In this document: positions 9,543 to 19,390 of the stretch, one piece after another
Position numbering within the stretch: position 1 is the first letter of the stretch
How the letters are laid out: the number at the start of each line of letters is the position of its first letter
Source of the DNA: Bacteroidales bacterium
Lineage (GTDB): Bacteria > Bacteroidota > Bacteroidia > Bacteroidales > UBA10428
Reading direction: 5' to 3'
Length of the DNA stretch: 64,000 bases
Assembly (NCBI GenBank): GCA_016931575.1
Contig: JAFGEO010000146.1
Location: 55,728 to 119,727, forward strand
Position numbers and translations under genes: made by a program
The notes under the pieces: generated by a model
What the model was told of the DNA's origin: nothing
Database searches by the model: none
What the model saw: the letters and a program-made list of their open reading frames with translations, nothing else

Positions 9543-10817
9543 ATGCTGAAAAAAATACTTACAACATTTTCAATCATAGTTATTTACCTTTTCTCCCTGG
9601 CGATGTTTGGCTGGATGGTAAGTCATGTGGTAAAAGGAGATAAAAACTTTGGCATTTTAAACAAGCCCATTGAATTCATGTTTTCTTTCCCCGACACCTT
9701 TGCCCAGGCAGTAAAAGAGGTAAATACGAATCCCCCTACTTTCCTTCCCACCCCCGAAGGTTTTACCCCCATCAATAGGCTGGAAGAAGATTTCATCGTA
9801 TTAACAACGTATACCAATGAGGAGGATAACCGCACCGTTGCGCTGGTAAACCTCAAAAATGATGAAGAGCTTTATACCTGGAACATTGAGAATCCCTATG
9901 AGGAACATGACAGGATCATGAATCCACTTCTGTTTCCTGACAAGAGTCTGATATACTCCTTTGAAGGAAAAGAACTTGTCAAAATAGATGCAAAGGGCAA
10001 GGTGCTCTGGAAGCAGGATAGTATCTGGACTCACCATTCAAAAAATATCGATGCTGACGGAAATATCTGGATCTGCTCTTTCGCCCCGACATGGGCAGCA
10101 ACAGCGATGTATAAGCTTAATGGAATACCCGTCTACTATAATGACAACTACATTACAAAGCTCGATCCGGAAACGGGGAGGATACTGTATCACAAATCTG
10201 TTACCGAGATACTTACCGAGAACGGGCTTATACAAAATCTTTTAAAGTCGCCGAATTACCTCGATCCAATACACCTGAACGATGTGGAACCGGCAATGAA
10301 AAACACGAAATATTATAAGAAAGGGGATGTTTTCCTGAGTTCGAGATGTGCCTCCTTTTTTCTACAGTTCAGGCCTTCTACGGATAAAGTTATTCGCATG
10401 ATTGAAGGGCCTTTTGCTAATCAGCATGACGTGGACTTTTTGGATGACAACAGCCTGGTGTTTTTCAACAATAACTACTATACTATCTGGTCTTTTGAGT
10501 CAATGAAAACGCCAATGTCACCAACAGGTGTTGCTATAGCAGGCGATCTGTACTCAAATATCGGACATTATGATTTTGAAACCGGAGAGATCTCATTTAT
10601 TGGAGATTCTGTTTTCAGAGCTAACCAAATCCTGACTCAGACTGAAGGCCTGGTACAATTCGTTGATCCTTCAACCTACCTGGTCGAAGAGCAGAATACC
10701 GGTTTGATATGGGTGATCCGGGATGACGAAGTAATCTATAAAAACGTATTTGATTCGCCGCTTAAGGGCTATCATCATTTACCTAACTGGACAAGAGTAA
10801 TTACGAATTATGATTGA
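9543..10817 (+). CDS. Arylsulfotransferase (ASST / Arylsulfotran_2-like), N-terminally membrane-anchored
   Basis: HHS..D, DPIHLNDVEP, FLSSR and GPFANQHDVDF..FNNN motifs typical of ASST beta-propellers; one N-terminal TM helix. Confidence 0.8.
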   Translation: MLKKILTTFSIIVIYLFSLAMFGWMVSHVVKGDKNFGILNKPIEFMFSFPDTFAQAVKEVNTNPPTFLPTPEGFTPINRLEEDFIVLTTYTNEEDNRTVALVNLKNDEELYTWNIENPYEEHDRIMNPLLFPDKSLIYSFEGKELVKIDAKGKVLWKQDSIWTHHSKNIDADGNIWICSFAPTWAATAMYKLNGIPVYYNDNYITKLDPETGRILYHKSVTEILTENGLIQNLLKSPNYLDPIHLNDVEPAMKNTKYYKKGDVFLSSRCASFFLQFRPSTDKVIRMIEGPFANQHDVDFLDDNSLVFFNNNYYTIWSFESMKTPMSPTGVAIAGDLYSNIGHYDFETGEISFIGDSVFRANQILTQTEGLVQFVDPSTYLVEEQNTGLIWVIRDDEVIYKNVFDSPLKGYHHLPNWTRVITNYD

Positions 10818-10953
10818 GCTATACATAGGACCCGGAATGGGTATCGGGACGATCATCCTGATGTTTTTAATCGGGGGGATTGTCTTATTTGCATTCGGAT
10901 ACATTTTCTGGCTTAAGATCAGAAAGCTATTCAGGAAGAAGAATAAATCATGA
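10810..10953 (+). CDS. 47-aa single-pass membrane peptide with a YIGPG motif (not in the ORF track)
   Basis: MIELYIGPGMGIGTIILMFLIGGIVLFAFGYIFWLKIRKLFRKKNKS. Its start overlaps the ASST stop, and its stop overlaps the sulfotransferase ATG (ATGA). Confidence 0.8.
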   Translation: MIELYIGPGMGIGTIILMFLIGGIVLFAFGYIFWLKIRKLFRKKNKS

Positions 10954-12326
10954 TCTTTTATTCAGTACTCTTCCTCAGTTTCCTGCTGCTTGCCATGATT
11001 ATCAAAGCCTTAAAGTCAGTATTCTTTGATATTTCCGAAAGCAGTGTCGCAGTTGTGAATGACATGCTGGCTGATCTGGATGAGGATGAGAAGATCAGGC
11101 GAATTCAGAAGAGCACCAACCACCTGGTTGGATCCATGCTGAAAACCCTGCTGGTATTTGTTCTGGCTTTTGCTGCAGCAAGTGTACCCATTGTTATTTA
11201 CTGTCTGATTGAGGATTGCAGTCCGGGAAGCCTGGTATTCACCTCCTTTTATTCCATCCTTGCCATTTCGCTTGGAGCAACAGTTCCCTTTCTCATCCCC
11301 TCCGGAAAAAAAAATCCATCAGCCTATTCTCCGCTTTCCCAGCTCCTTCACCGCATGGCCCTGAATAATTATTATATTGCCGATAGGCTGTTCAGACAAG
11401 AGACCAAAAAGATAACACGCAAAAAGCTTGACCGCCAGGAAGATTTTGTCATTATTTCAGGGCTGGCAAGGGCCGGAACGACCAGCCTGATGAACAGCCT
11501 CTCTGAATTTGATCGCTTCGTATCACTGAGTTATGCCAACATGCCTTTTCTGCTATATCCAAATATCTGGGCCAGGTTCTACAAACCGAAAAATACAAAG
11601 CTGAAAGAGCGAAGCCATAAAGACGGGATCATGATCGGGCTGAACTCCAACGAGGCACTGGAAGAGTATTTCTTTAAAGTGAAGGCAAACGATGCCTATA
11701 TTCAGGATGATCAGCTCTCGGAATACAGGCTGCCGGAAGAAGATTACCTCGATTACCTCGATTACCAGAGCATCATCAAGCTGGATAACCGGAAAACTTA
11801 CCTGGCAAAGAATAACAACTTCATCCTGCGCTATCGTTCCGTCAGAGAGTACAACGAAAATTTTATTATGGTGATCCTTTTCCGGGATCCCCTGACCCAT
11901 GCTGCGTCCCTGATGGACAAGCACCGCGACTATTCAAAGCTGCAGCAGGAGGACCCCTTTGTTCTGGAGTACATGAACTGGCTGGGCCACCATGAGTTTG
12001 GTAACAACCATAAACCTTTTGTCTTTGAAGGTTCCGAAAAGGGTACGCTAGAGGATATAGAAACACTGGATTACTGGCTGGAAATCTGGATCAACTACTA
12101 TCGAAATGTACTGAGCATTGAGCATCCCAATACCCTCTTTATCCATTACGATGCTTACTGTCAGAATCCGGCCGGCACCCTGCGGACCATCCTACAGAAA
12201 GCTGGTGTAGAAGCAGAAATCCCGGAGCAAAAGACATTCGTAAACAGCAGAAAGACCAGTGGAAAATACACTGAAAAGCTTTTTAAAACAGCGGAAGATA
12301 TTTACCGTCAACTCCTGGCGAAATAA
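10950..12326 (+). CDS. Membrane-anchored PAPS-dependent sulfotransferase
   Basis: About 3 N-terminal TM segments; 5'-PSB loop GLARAGTT; KNN; 3'-PB motif RDPLTHAASL. Confidence 0.85.
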   Translation: MIFYSVLFLSFLLLAMIIKALKSVFFDISESSVAVVNDMLADLDEDEKIRRIQKSTNHLVGSMLKTLLVFVLAFAAASVPIVIYCLIEDCSPGSLVFTSFYSILAISLGATVPFLIPSGKKNPSAYSPLSQLLHRMALNNYYIADRLFRQETKKITRKKLDRQEDFVIISGLARAGTTSLMNSLSEFDRFVSLSYANMPFLLYPNIWARFYKPKNTKLKERSHKDGIMIGLNSNEALEEYFFKVKANDAYIQDDQLSEYRLPEEDYLDYLDYQSIIKLDNRKTYLAKNNNFILRYRSVREYNENFIMVILFRDPLTHAASLMDKHRDYSKLQQEDPFVLEYMNWLGHHEFGNNHKPFVFEGSEKGTLEDIETLDYWLEIWINYYRNVLSIEHPNTLFIHYDAYCQNPAGTLRTILQKAGVEAEIPEQKTFVNSRKTSGKYTEKLFKTAEDIYRQLLAK

Positions 12327-13986
12327 ATCCTGCTAATTCAGCATTTCCTTTATGAATCTGCAACAGGTAGTTCTTTTCCAGGGTTGAACTTCTCTTCTTA
12401 TAAATCAGGAATCCGGGGGACAGCTTTGTGATATTAAAGTAATCAAAATGCTTTACGATCTTAAACTCCACTTCCCGGGATTTTAATTCATCCACATATT
12501 CCCCGGTGGTCAAAAGAAGCATCTCAGAATTACTTTCTTGCAGTAGCTCATAAATGGAAAGTTTCATGTGTAGCTCATTGTCCAGGTAATAGTGAAACAG
12601 GTGCGGATCGATACCGTAAACCGCGGTGTATTCTCCCTGGTAATGATCGTTGATATATTTTGCCGCCTTATACCCTGATTGGTAGGACAGCAGCGCAGGA
12701 TAAAAGATAAGGTTCAGGAACAGTCCGACAAAAACCATGAGTATTGCCAGATTGTAGGTCAGGTCACTGATAAGATCATAGCCCCGTTTTCGGATGATCC
12801 ACAGCGTGGCTCCAGACAGCAGCACCATGGGCACAATCCACCAACCACTGGTGGGCCTGAACAGGATGCCAAATCCGATAACAAACAATGCAATCAGACC
12901 TCCAAGGATGTACGGGACATTTTTAAGTTTTTCCCAGAGTGCCCTATTAGCCGCTGCCAGAAGGAGGCGTGCCACAATGATGGCCATAAAAGGAAAGAGG
13001 ATATTCGTATAATGTGCCATCTGGAATCGGGAGAGGGAAAATACCAACAACATGCTCGCTGCAGCAAAAAAAGTATGGTACTCCTTCAGGTTCCTGAAGA
13101 TCCGGGGAACACCAATATATAGAAAGACAGACCAGGGAAAAAATGCCCATATCAGGTTGTATATATAAAAGAATGGATTCCCGGTTCCCTTTATGGGGCC
13201 CGTATTAAAAAAACGGCCGAACTGCGAATCCCAGAAAAAGAATTTCAGGGGCGAAATGTTTTTCTAACCGAAGATAACCTTGTCAGGATGATCAGTGAAC
13301 TGCACCTTGAGGCAATAAAGCTCGGGCAGAATAAAAACGAAGACCAGGAGCGCAGTCCACAGCCACCTGAGCTGCAGGAGTTTTTTATACTCCTTCCTGA
13401 CGATTGCATGCCCTGCAACAGCACTGAAAACCGGAATTAGTAAAAAGACCCCTTTAGTCATTACCGCGCATGCGGTAAGCAGACTGCCAAACAGAATGTC
13501 ACGAAATGTTGGTTTCCGGTATACATGGTAAAAGTGATAAACGGCACCGATGAGCATGCCCATCAGAAAAGGTTCCGCCCTGACATCGTTATTGGAAATG
13601 ATAACATGCATGGCGGTTGACAGCATCAGAACAGCGATGAGCGCGGTTTTTTTGTCATACCATTCTTTTGTAAACAGATAGGTATAGATCAAACTTATAA
13701 AGTAGAATACCAGGGCAGGCATCTTAAAGGCAAAAGAATTGGTTCCGAAAACTTTTATACTCAAAGCCCAAAGCCAGAACGGAAAGTGGGGCTTATCCAA
13801 CCAATCTCCCCGGTTAATGGTAAATAACTCCAGGAAATTATTCTTCTCCGCCATGATCTTCGCAATGGAGGCATATAAGGCTGAGTCTCCATTGAGTATA
13901 TTGGTCAATCCGATAAGATTAACAAGGATTGCTATTGCCAGCAGCCTGTTGTCAGACTTATTAAACAAGTCTCTGAAATTTAACAT
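12283..13986 (-). pseudogene. ArnT/PMT-like GT-C glycosyltransferase, 567 codons, interrupted by one in-frame TAG at codon 241 (13264-13266)
   Basis: ORFs 13264..13986 and 12283..13053 share a frame, joined by VIFG*KNISPLKFFFWDSQFGRFFNTGPIKG; motifs DSALYASIAK, WLDKPH, MTKG. Confidence 0.8.
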
Positions 13987-14326
13987 CCTAAATTCTTTTC
14001 TGGTATAAAAATAAGCTTCCAGGCAATCTCTAACGGACTGTTTCCTAAAATACTCTTTCCCGTAGGTTCATATGCTATTTATAGCTAACTGCTGAAAGAT
14101 AAAATATCTGTTCCCGAATATAGAAAATTATTTTAAAAGTGGGGGGAGGTAGAAACCTCATAATAGTAAGGAGTTACTCCGGAGTGACTTTCCTTCTCTT
14201 AGATGATAAAACCAACGCAACAAGGGTCATGGAAGCTTCATTTTTTAATCACTGCTAATTGTGCGGTGGAGGGTGAAGGCTCTGCTACTGTAGAATGCCG
14301 TAATTCATCGAGTTCCTGCAGCTCAC

Positions 14327-14369
14327 GCCCCGCAGGGGCAGCTGGCAATAGCCAGGGCAACGCCCCAGC
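14327..14369. repeat. REP-like double-hairpin element
   Basis: GCCCCGCAGGGGC followed by AGCCAGGGCAACGCCCCAGC; related to the element at 41767-41817. Confidence 0.5.
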
Positions 14370-14391
14370 ACTCATTATCTATCCTGCATGC

Positions 14392-14601
14392 CTACCCCGG
14401 CCAGTTAACCACAGTCAGCCAGATCCCGAATCCCAGGGCTATGATCCCCCAGACGACAAAGAATATCACGGTCCCCAGGTTACCAAGGATCTTAACGAAG
14501 CCTTGAATTTTCGGCATGTTCCAGATTTTCGCCGGCTTCATTCCGGCAATCAGGAAAACAGCCACGGCATAAATAATCAAAATTATTCCCAGGTAAAACA
14601 T
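14392..14601 (-). CDS. Small 2-TM membrane protein, last gene of the TetR-ABC operon
   Basis: 69 aa; two hydrophobic helices flanking KPAKIWNMPKIQGFVKILG. Confidence 0.7.
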   Translation of the reverse strand: MFYLGIILIIYAVAVFLIAGMKPAKIWNMPKIQGFVKILGNLGTVIFFVVWGIIALGFGIWLTVVNWPG

Positions 14602-14627
14602 CGTGGTAAAGTTTTATGTTACGAATT

Positions 14628-15674
14628 TTAAGATAATCCTTTAATGATTTTCTTTCTGAGTAAAAAGAAGAATATAGCCGTCAAAACCAGCGTTACCGCC
14701 GACTTCCACATCAGATCGCCCCACTCAGCAGAATTAGTGAAGATGCTCTCCATCATGTTGTAGACCCAATAAAAAGGAGCCCACCAGACGACCCATTGCC
14801 ACTTGTCGGGCAGGAGCGTACCACCAAGAATGGCCATCATGACCAGCCATGACAAAAGCTTACCCACTCCGATGGCCTCATTTTCATTATTCGCCAAAGC
14901 TCCCAGGAACAAGCCAAAAAGAAGCACAACAGGCAACGAAACGAAAGCTATCACATACATCTGTCCGATGTTTACATCCAGCAATCCCAGTACTACCAGC
15001 GTAATGATGGCATAAACAAGGAACAGGATGACCGGAAATATGCTTTTCCCAACAAAATATTCCGCTTTGGTAACCGGGGAGACCCGGATCGCCCGGTCGG
15101 TGCCATCTTCCTTGTCGTTTACCACGCCCAGCCCGATCATAAAGGCGGCTATTATGATCATGAAGACAAAGAATATTGACCCTCCCATCGACGCTACCGG
15201 AGAAATAACCGACCGGCCCGATAATTCGTAAGGCACTCCGGCCCGGAAACTTACCACTGCATCTTCTTCCCCATGCCCTTTCTGGTAGTAGTGTTGCCTG
15301 ATCACCCGGACGGCAACAGATGCTGCAGCATTACCTTCTGGCAATTTCTCAAGTACACTTACAAACTTTTGATTTCCAGGATTCCAATAAAGTCCTTCAA
15401 CAACACCGATCCCTTTCAGCTTTTTCTCCATAGATTCAATATCGGGGTACTCCCTGATCCTTGCATAGGGATCCAACAACTCAACAATCTCCCGGGGGAC
15501 TGCATTTTTGCCTTCCGTAACGATCGCCAGGGTAGACCTGGTACTTTCCATGCCTGGGATGAAAAACCGCAAAATAAACAAGATGGCTATGGGGACGAGG
15601 ATCATGTAGGCTCCCATCCAGTGTTTCAGGTTCATCCGGAAATCGGTTATAAAAACTTGTATGAGCTGTTTCAT
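14628..15674 (-). CDS. ABC-2 type exporter permease (fluoroquinolone-export-permease-like)
   Basis: Multiple TM helices; DKEDGTDRAIRVSPV motif. Confidence 0.85.
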   Translation of the reverse strand: MKQLIQVFITDFRMNLKHWMGAYMILVPIAILFILRFFIPGMESTRSTLAIVTEGKNAVPREIVELLDPYARIREYPDIESMEKKLKGIGVVEGLYWNPGNQKFVSVLEKLPEGNAAASVAVRVIRQHYYQKGHGEEDAVVSFRAGVPYELSGRSVISPVASMGGSIFFVFMIIIAAFMIGLGVVNDKEDGTDRAIRVSPVTKAEYFVGKSIFPVILFLVYAIITLVVLGLLDVNIGQMYVIAFVSLPVVLLFGLFLGALANNENEAIGVGKLLSWLVMMAILGGTLLPDKWQWVVWWAPFYWVYNMMESIFTNSAEWGDLMWKSAVTLVLTAIFFFLLRKKIIKGLS

Positions 15675-15675
15675 G

Positions 15676-16746
15676 TCAGACCTCCCTTCTGATTTTGCGG
15701 GTAAATATCCATGATGAAAGAAACACCAGTATGGCCGCCACAGCGCTCAGAATTCCCACTGAGACCCATAGTGTGTTGCTGTATCCGTCGGGGAAGATGG
15801 CTGCATCCAGTCCGAATATGGTGTAATAGGAAGGGATGAACCGCAGCCAGTCAGGTGAAAATACCGGGGCAAACAGAGACACCCCGGGAAGCCCGAAGAC
15901 CACCAGGAAGAGGAATACCCAGCCAATAGCAGACATCGGGTTATCAAAAAAAGCTCCAAGAGCCACTCCAAGGGCAGATCCGATCAGAATAGTTGGCAGC
16001 ATGACCAACAGCGCTGAAGGGTAGCCGGAAAAGCCGGTAACCGGTATAAACACTATGCTAAAGGTAATAAACCCAACCGTTAATAACATCAGGTGCTTGC
16101 TAAGTATGAGGGTTGGGAGACTGGCAGGTGATACCTTAAAAGCACGGAGGGTCTGATCGATCCGCTCCTGTCCGATCACCGATACCATGGTGAACATTCC
16201 CATAAACCCAACAATAAACATCAGGATCAACGGGACCAATCTTTTGTTAAAAGGTATCTCTTCCGCAATCCGGTTATCCAATGCCCTGACTTCAACCTTT
16301 TGAAGCACTTCAGGGGAATAGCCTGCATTGGGGCCTGCCATCAGCGTAAAGACATCCTTCATCTGCACCTCAAAGAAACCGACCATGGCATCGCTTGAAT
16401 AAGGCTGGGTCAGCATATCAATCTGAAATTTCCCGCTATCCCGGGGATTGATGATCATGCCAAAAGCGGTCCTGTTTTTCTTCATTCCCTCCACCACATC
16501 TCTTCGCGATTTAACAAATACTTCCCCTTCTTTCCCGCTTTTATCGTCCTGCAGGTTTTCTGTCAGAGATTTAAAGATCCCGGTTTGATCCAGGATAAAG
16601 ATTGTTGATTCCCGTTCAATCTCCCTGGGGATTACAAATAGCAGTAAGGCAGAAATGAAGACAGAAACCACGAGTTCAAGAATGATCCATACATCCTTGA
16701 AGCCGAGGATCATATCCTTTTTGTATAAACTGGCTAACTTTTTCAT
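15676..16746 (-). CDS. ABC-2 type exporter permease
   Basis: Multiple TM helices; ERIDQTLRAFKVSP motif; FIPSY. Confidence 0.85.
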   Translation of the reverse strand: MKKLASLYKKDMILGFKDVWIILELVVSVFISALLLFVIPREIERESTIFILDQTGIFKSLTENLQDDKSGKEGEVFVKSRRDVVEGMKKNRTAFGMIINPRDSGKFQIDMLTQPYSSDAMVGFFEVQMKDVFTLMAGPNAGYSPEVLQKVEVRALDNRIAEEIPFNKRLVPLILMFIVGFMGMFTMVSVIGQERIDQTLRAFKVSPASLPTLILSKHLMLLTVGFITFSIVFIPVTGFSGYPSALLVMLPTILIGSALGVALGAFFDNPMSAIGWVFLFLVVFGLPGVSLFAPVFSPDWLRFIPSYYTIFGLDAAIFPDGYSNTLWVSVGILSAVAAILVFLSSWIFTRKIRREV

Positions 16747-16754
16747 AGTACCCC

Positions 16755-17609
16755 CTATTCCAGGACTCTGCCGGTCAGTTTAACAAAGATCTCTTCCAGA
16801 CTAGGTTCACCGGAATGAATCGTTTTTACATCGTGTTTACCGATGAAATCCTGCAGTTTCGCCTTATCATCTCCGGCCATACCGAAAGTTTCCGCCTTCA
16901 GCACCCCGTCAACCAGGTGTTCCACCGTCACGGAGGGCTGCCCATATTTCAGCTTCAGGTTCTTGGGTGTATCCAGCGCTTCAATTTTACCATCGACAAT
17001 AAAACCAACTCTGTCGCATAGCTCATCCGCCACAAACATGTTGTGGGTGGTGAGAAAGATCGTGGTTCCTTCGGCCTGCTTCCTTTTCACCAGCTTTTTG
17101 ATGCTGTTGGCGGTGTTTGGGTCAAGCCCCATCGTAGGTTCATCAAGAAACCAGATATCCGGTTTGTTCAGCATGGACCGGGCAAATCCCAGGCGCTGCT
17201 TCATTCCCTTGGAATAAGAACCGGCCTTGATCTTTGCACTATCCGCAAGGCCCACCCAATCCAGGATCTTCATCGGATCTTCAGTTTCCCTGTCGTAAAG
17301 CCTGGCATGAAATTTCAGGTTATCCAGACCCGTCAGCTTTTTATAGACATTTGGGATTTCAAAGCCTACCCCAATCCGGTTAAAAAAAGCCTTGTCGGGC
17401 ATACCTTTCCGGGATTGCCCGTCAATGACAATCTCCCCTTTCTGCAGTTCAAGCAATCCGGCAAGAATTCCCTGTGTTGTTGATTTTCCTGCCCCGCTGG
17501 GGCCTAGAAATCCGAAAATTTCACCCGATTCAATGTGAAAACTCACATCCTTTACCGCATACTTATCGTCCTGGTGGTAGGCGTAGTATATGTTTTTTAC
17601 ATCAATCAT
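16755..17609 (-). CDS. ABC exporter ATP-binding protein
   Basis: Walker A GPSGAGKS, signature YSKGMKQR, Walker B FLDEP, TTHNM. Confidence 0.95.
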   Translation of the reverse strand: MIDVKNIYYAYHQDDKYAVKDVSFHIESGEIFGFLGPSGAGKSTTQGILAGLLELQKGEIVIDGQSRKGMPDKAFFNRIGVGFEIPNVYKKLTGLDNLKFHARLYDRETEDPMKILDWVGLADSAKIKAGSYSKGMKQRLGFARSMLNKPDIWFLDEPTMGLDPNTANSIKKLVKRKQAEGTTIFLTTHNMFVADELCDRVGFIVDGKIEALDTPKNLKLKYGQPSVTVEHLVDGVLKAETFGMAGDDKAKLQDFIGKHDVKTIHSGEPSLEEIFVKLTGRVLE

Positions 17610-18279
17610 GATTTCCGGCCTCCTTTCCGGGTAGGTTGTTTGAACTTAATCCGTATCGTAATATATGGATCATATCATCCAGTATGTGATCTCCGGCATG
17701 TACGTCATGATATTCTGCCAAATGATGCCAGTACAGCTCGCCCATGCTTTCCATAATTTTACCCGTATAGGCCAGGATGGTCTCCACAGAAAACCGGGAA
17801 TCTATCTCCCCCCTACCCAGTGAATTTTGAATTGCCGCAAGATAAATGCTTTCCTCGGTGATATGATTTCTTTGATAGATCTCCTTCTTATACTCATTCA
17901 GGAAAGCAACCATATCCAGGGTTTTGCTGGAGCTAAGCCCTTTGGCAACCTGGAATGCAATGGGATCACACATGCCAAATTCCACTCCTGCTTTAACCAG
18001 TTCTTTCATAAGCTCAAACAACCCATATTCCGCATCCCTGTCTATTACCGGTCTGATGTAAACCATTTTTCGGCGGGTAATCTCCACCATCACTTCCCCG
18101 AACAAATCGGCCTTATTCTCAAAATACTGATAGAAACTACCCCTGGGGATATCCGAAGCTTTGATGATCTTTTGAATACTGGACAGGTCATACCCCGCAG
18201 AGGCAAACTCCTCCATGGCAGCCCTCATGATGGTCTGTCTCTTTTCCTCCGGCAGGTTAAAAAATGTTTGTTTTGGCAT
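17602..18279 (-). CDS. TetR/AcrR-family transcriptional regulator
   Basis: MPKQTFFNLPEEKRQTI...IPRGSFYQYFENKADL N-terminal HTH; ATG at 18279. Confidence 0.92.
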   Translation of the reverse strand: MPKQTFFNLPEEKRQTIMRAAMEEFASAGYDLSSIQKIIKASDIPRGSFYQYFENKADLFGEVMVEITRRKMVYIRPVIDRDAEYGLFELMKELVKAGVEFGMCDPIAFQVAKGLSSSKTLDMVAFLNEYKKEIYQRNHITEESIYLAAIQNSLGRGEIDSRFSVETILAYTGKIMESMGELYWHHLAEYHDVHAGDHILDDMIHILRYGLSSNNLPGKEAGNHD

Positions 18280-18292
18280 GTCTTCCAGGTTT

Positions 18293-18335
18293 ATGACATA
18301 CTTGTCATATGACAGTAGTGTCATATGCAAATATA
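18293..18335 (-). promoter_or_regulatory. Two tandem ATGACA-N4-TGTCAT operators plus a Bacteroidota -7 box (TATATTTG)
   Basis: Palindromes at 18293-18308 and 18309-18324; TAnnTTTG on the minus strand at 18328-18335. Confidence 0.8.
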
Positions 18336-18523
18336 CACGCTGAAATAGGGGAAGTCAAGAAAATCACAATTTAAATTAGAAATAAATAAGGTTAGGCATT
18401 CCAGGAATTCTGCCTCAGAGCGTAATAAAAAAGTGCCTTGTCTATCGGGTTTTCATTTTAAGAAAAATTTCTATATTGTGCTTCAAATTTTTATTCACCT
18501 GAACACTACCCTATCTTAATCCC

Positions 18524-19273
18524 ATGCAAAATTTTTTCAATCCCACGCGAAGCACTGAGGTCGAGGTACCTATGTTTGGTTCGCTGCACCTGATCACCAT
18601 GGCGATCATGCCTGCACTGGTTCTCCTGGTACTATGGAAGAAGGAAGCTGTAAAGCGCATCCTTGCCAACCGGAAAGTTGTCACCTGGTTCGTTGCCTTA
18701 TTCCTGGGCCTCGAAGTGCTAAACCTGATCCTGCTGTGGAGCTTCAAATTTGAGCCCTTTTTCGAGCGTTTTCCCTTGCACCTCTGTTATACGCTTTCCT
18801 TATTAATTCCGGTACTAATGCTGAAAGAAAGGTATGACCTGCTGCAGATCTTTTGTTACTGGTCCCTCGGCTCAGGATTCATTTCCTTCGTCAATCCCAG
18901 CTATCTTCATACCTATCCGATGAGCTTTGAGTTCATCCACTATTGCATCCGCCACTATTTTCTCTTTATCATTCCCATCATGCTTCAGGTTGGTATCGGG
19001 TTCAGGCACAGCTACCGGATTTTCCGGATCTCCATGTTTACGCTTGCCAGCTATGCTTTTTTTATATTCCTGCTCAACTGGGCAACGGGAGCCAATTACA
19101 TGCACCTGGGACAGAATAATCCCGTACATATTACCTTTCTGCCCGACCAGCTGAACAAATGGCCCTGGACGTATCCAAGTTTTGTAGTAACCGGAATATT
19201 GTTACTGCATATCGGCTATTTCAGTCTGCTGCGCATGGAGCGACAGAGTGCTGTTGTGAACGTAAGCCGGTAG
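18524..19273 (+). CDS. YwaF/TIGR02206-like (TMEM164 family) integral membrane protein
   Basis: FGSLHL, FPLHLC, YCIRH, NWATGANYMHL and WPWTY motifs; multiple TM helices. Confidence 0.8.
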   Translation: MQNFFNPTRSTEVEVPMFGSLHLITMAIMPALVLLVLWKKEAVKRILANRKVVTWFVALFLGLEVLNLILLWSFKFEPFFERFPLHLCYTLSLLIPVLMLKERYDLLQIFCYWSLGSGFISFVNPSYLHTYPMSFEFIHYCIRHYFLFIIPIMLQVGIGFRHSYRIFRISMFTLASYAFFIFLLNWATGANYMHLGQNNPVHITFLPDQLNKWPWTYPSFVVTGILLLHIGYFSLLRMERQSAVVNVSR

Positions 19274-19390
19274 ATCAACCTGCGAATGCTTATTGCCATA
19301 CGATTGTTAATGGATTTCAGCCAATCGGGACTGATTTGCGATTATCTTTAGCACAGGCATGTAAAACAGCTATCGTACACCAGATCTCAA

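Noticed and set aside
4988-13986. Genome-wide reassignment of TAG to a sense codon
   Set aside because: TAG terminates several genes at their natural family C-termini here (susC ...HITF, susD ...NEGY, TBDR ...ISFN, GH3 ...EVE), so TAG is a working stop.
14203-14631. 142-aa + strand ORF
   Set aside because: Runs through a REP-like element and antisense to the small membrane gene; composition is not protein-like.
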